Assembly: GCA_030600085.1 (NCBI GenBank)
Contig: JAUVMT010000003.1
Coordinates: 1 to 35,116, forward strand
Source: Gemmatimonadales bacterium
GTDB taxonomy: Bacteria > Gemmatimonadota > Gemmatimonadetes > Palauibacterales > Palauibacteraceae
DNA: 35,116 nt
Direction: 5' to 3'
A model generated the notes under the pieces. That model was not told the DNA's origin. It did not search any database and saw only the letters and a program-made list of their open reading frames with translations. Shown piece by piece: positions 32,994-35,116 of this stretch (its first letter is position 1; each line of letters opens with the position of its first letter). Position numbers and translations under genes: made by a program.

Positions 32994-33965
32994 CTAGAGG
33001 CGGAAGTCCTCGCCCAGGTACTTCTGTCTCGCTTTCGGATCGTTGACGAGCTGCTCGGCTGAACCCTCGATGTGGATCTGGCCGTTGAACATGATGTAGG
33101 CGCGGTCGGTGATCGAGAGCGTCTCCCTCACGTTGTGATCGGTAATCAGCACGCCGAGTCCCCTCGCACGCAACTCCGCCACGATACGCTGAATGTCATC
33201 GACCGCGATCGGGTCCACTCCCGCAAACGGCTCGTCGAGAAGCATGAACTTCGGGTTCGTGACCAGCGCCCTGGTGATCTCGAGGCGGCGCCGCTCACCG
33301 CCGGAGAGGGCGTAGGCCTGCTGATCGCGCAGGTGGGCGAGGCCGAGCTCGTCCAGCAGCTGCTCCAGCTGGCGCTCCGCCTCCTTGGGCGCGAGATCGA
33401 GCGTCTCCAGGATCGCCATCACGTTATCACGGACGGAGAGCCGGCGAAAAACGGAGGGTTCCTGCGACAGATAGCCGATCCCGTCCCGTGCCCGTCGGTA
33501 CATCGGGACTGAAGTGATATCGCGTTCGTCGAGGAAGACCTTGCCTTCATCGGCGGAGATGAGGCCCACGATCATGTAGAAGGTGGTCGTCTTCCCCGCC
33601 CCGTTCGGGCCCAACAGGCCGACGATCTCTCCCTGCTCGAGACGAAGGTCTACGTCGTCCACGACTCGGCGGCGCTTGAACGCCTTGACGAGGCCCTGGG
33701 CTCTCAGGACGCTGGCCCCGGCCACACGTTGGGCGGCTCGTAGATCCGCGGTTGGCGAGCCCTCCGGTGCGGCCGCGTCGGGTGGTGGGGGTCGGACCTC
33801 GAGGTCCCGCTCCCGCAGCCGCACTCGCGGCCTCGGAGCTACCGTCACGTCTTCGGCAGGAGCGACGTAGGGTTCGGGCAGGAAAGGTGGTGGTTCGGCG
33901 ACCTCCGTGGATGCGCCAAGCCTCTCCGGATCAAGTGGCGCGAAGGGGTCGAAGGGGAAGTTCAC
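32994..33965 (-). CDS. lptB: LPS export ABC transporter ATP-binding protein LptB
   Basis: [70 protein letters not shown]. Start 33965 (overlaps the upstream stop) or 33725. Confidence 0.95.
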   Translation of the reverse strand: MNFPFDPFAPLDPERLGASTEVAEPPPFLPEPYVAPAEDVTVAPRPRVRLRERDLEVRPPPPDAAAPEGSPTADLRAAQRVAGASVLRAQGLVKAFKRRRVVDDVDLRLEQGEIVGLLGPNGAGKTTTFYMIVGLISADEGKVFLDERDITSVPMYRRARDGIGYLSQEPSVFRRLSVRDNVMAILETLDLAPKEAERQLEQLLDELGLAHLRDQQAYALSGGERRRLEITRALVTNPKFMLLDEPFAGVDPIAVDDIQRIVAELRARGLGVLITDHNVRETLSITDRAYIMFNGQIHIEGSAEQLVNDPKARQKYLGEDFRL

Positions 33966-35116
33966 GCGTCTCCTCCCTCCGGCGGGCCGGCTGGGATGGA
34001 ATCCGTCGGGGCCGGCGGCGACGAGTCCGGCTCGGCCTCGGCCTCCCCGCCGGGCGAGGCAGGGCCGGGGGCACCAGGCTCGAGGTAGACGCCGATCGCC
34101 CGCACCGCTCTCACCCGTCGAGCCTTCCCCTCCCGGAACTCCACGTCGATCTGCTCCCCGATGAGGTAGTTGCGCGAGAGCGGCCCGCTCGGGCCGGATT
34201 CACCTTCCACCAGGTAGAGCGACCGTGCATCGCCGATGGCCAGCAAGCGCTCGATTGTTTGCTCGGCGGCTGAATCCTCGGGTGACGCGGGGATCGCCTC
34301 CACGCCCGCAGGGACCGGCGCGCCGTCCCCCTCCAGGGCGGATGGTTCGCCGGCGGCCCCCTTAGCGAAGAGGATGATCAAGGTGTCGCCGACGACCCAG
34401 TTGCCCCCATCCGTCGTCCGGGCCGGCTCCCCGAGCGACAGATCGGGGGTCTCGACCTCTACCGCACTGCCCTGCCCGACGGCGACGATGGAGTCGAGTC
34501 GCCCGGCCGTCGCGCCGATGCGGAGCGAGTCCGCGCCCAGAACGTACGACGCGGACGTCGCGAGGGAGCGCCCGGGGCCGAACGCCCAAACTTGGTCCAG
34601 CTCACTCGCGACGAGCTGCGCTCGGATCTCCTCCGAGAGGATCTCGAACCCCTCCCCGACCGCTCGGCCCGAGCCCAGCGCCCGCACTTCATCCAGCTCA
34701 TCATCCGTGAACCGGAGGCGGATGCTGTCGCCCTCGAGCTCGAGGTCCTGCTGTCGAGCGAAGGCGGACCCATAGAGGACACCGGCGCCGGCATCCATGT
34801 CGAAGAACGCGCTGTCCGCCTCAGCGTAGACGTCCGATCGCTCGATCACGACGCCTCCCCAGGCCCAGGCGACGCGCTCTCCGAACATATCGACCCGGTC
34901 AGCGTCGATATCGACGGGCTTTCCCTCTTGGCCCGGCTCCGGGAGGAGGATCATGTGCGGGCGGCCGGTCGCCGTGGTCCGCTCGGCGATGCCGGATACG
35001 GCGCGGAGGAAGGTGACATGCGGGCCGCGAAGGGTGGATCCGGACGCGAGGCGTGTGAGGAGGACATCCCTCCTGGCGATCATGCGGTCGTCGTCCTCGA
35101 AGAAGTCGAGTCGATC
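33962..35116 (-). CDS. OstA/LptA-like beta-jellyroll protein, 5' end outside the window
   Basis: The frame is open to the window edge. Repeated beta-strand units ([47 protein letters not shown]); directly upstream of lptB. Confidence 0.72.
   Translation of the reverse strand, partial: DRLDFFEDDDRMIARRDVLLTRLASGSTLRGPHVTFLRAVSGIAERTTATGRPHMILLPEPGQEGKPVDIDADRVDMFGERVAWAWGGVVIERSDVYAEADSAFFDMDAGAGVLYGSAFARQQDLELEGDSIRLRFTDDELDEVRALGSGRAVGEGFEILSEEIRAQLVASELDQVWAFGPGRSLATSASYVLGADSLRIGATAGRLDSIVAVGQGSAVEVETPDLSLGEPARTTDGGNWVVGDTLIILFAKGAAGEPSALEGDGAPVPAGVEAIPASPEDSAAEQTIERLLAIGDARSLYLVEGESGPSGPLSRNYLIGEQIDVEFREGKARRVRAVRAIGVYLEPGAPGPASPGGEAEAEPDSSPPAPTDSIPAGPPEGGDA

Overview
A high-GC bacterial chromosome segment. 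The diderm envelope genes, bshC and gene content suggest Gemmatimonadota, but this is inference. It is almost entirely coding and probably contains the replication terminus. A 28-bp XerC/XerD dif site (22456-22483) lies in the large intergenic gap where gene polarity flips. All genes to its left are on + (fabZ, a 43-aa membrane protein missing from the ORF track, nadB, rlmH, SAM methyltransferase-bshC, murJ, uvrC, gltX, thrC-like, TPR protein, DUF512 radical-SAM-like, der, plsY, gpsA, MerR, surE, pcm, yqaA, apt, YfgM-like). All genes to its right are on - (OstA/LptA-like, lptB, rpoN and seven tightly coupled genes forming a lipid-linked glycosylation pathway with two GT-C enzymes). Most interesting signals: (i) two head-to-head sigma54 -24/-12 sites upstream of rpoN; (ii) the GT-C glycosylation cassette coupled to rpoN and lptB; (iii) a methyltransferase coupled to bshC, suggesting N-methyl-bacillithiol synthesis; (iv) a CTAG-ended palindromic miniature element and a collapsed 29-bp copy at the rlmH stop codon; (v) dif with a palindromic core. 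No rRNA, tRNA, CRISPR array, transposase or integrase was seen. No database searches were run, so all calls come from motif recognition.
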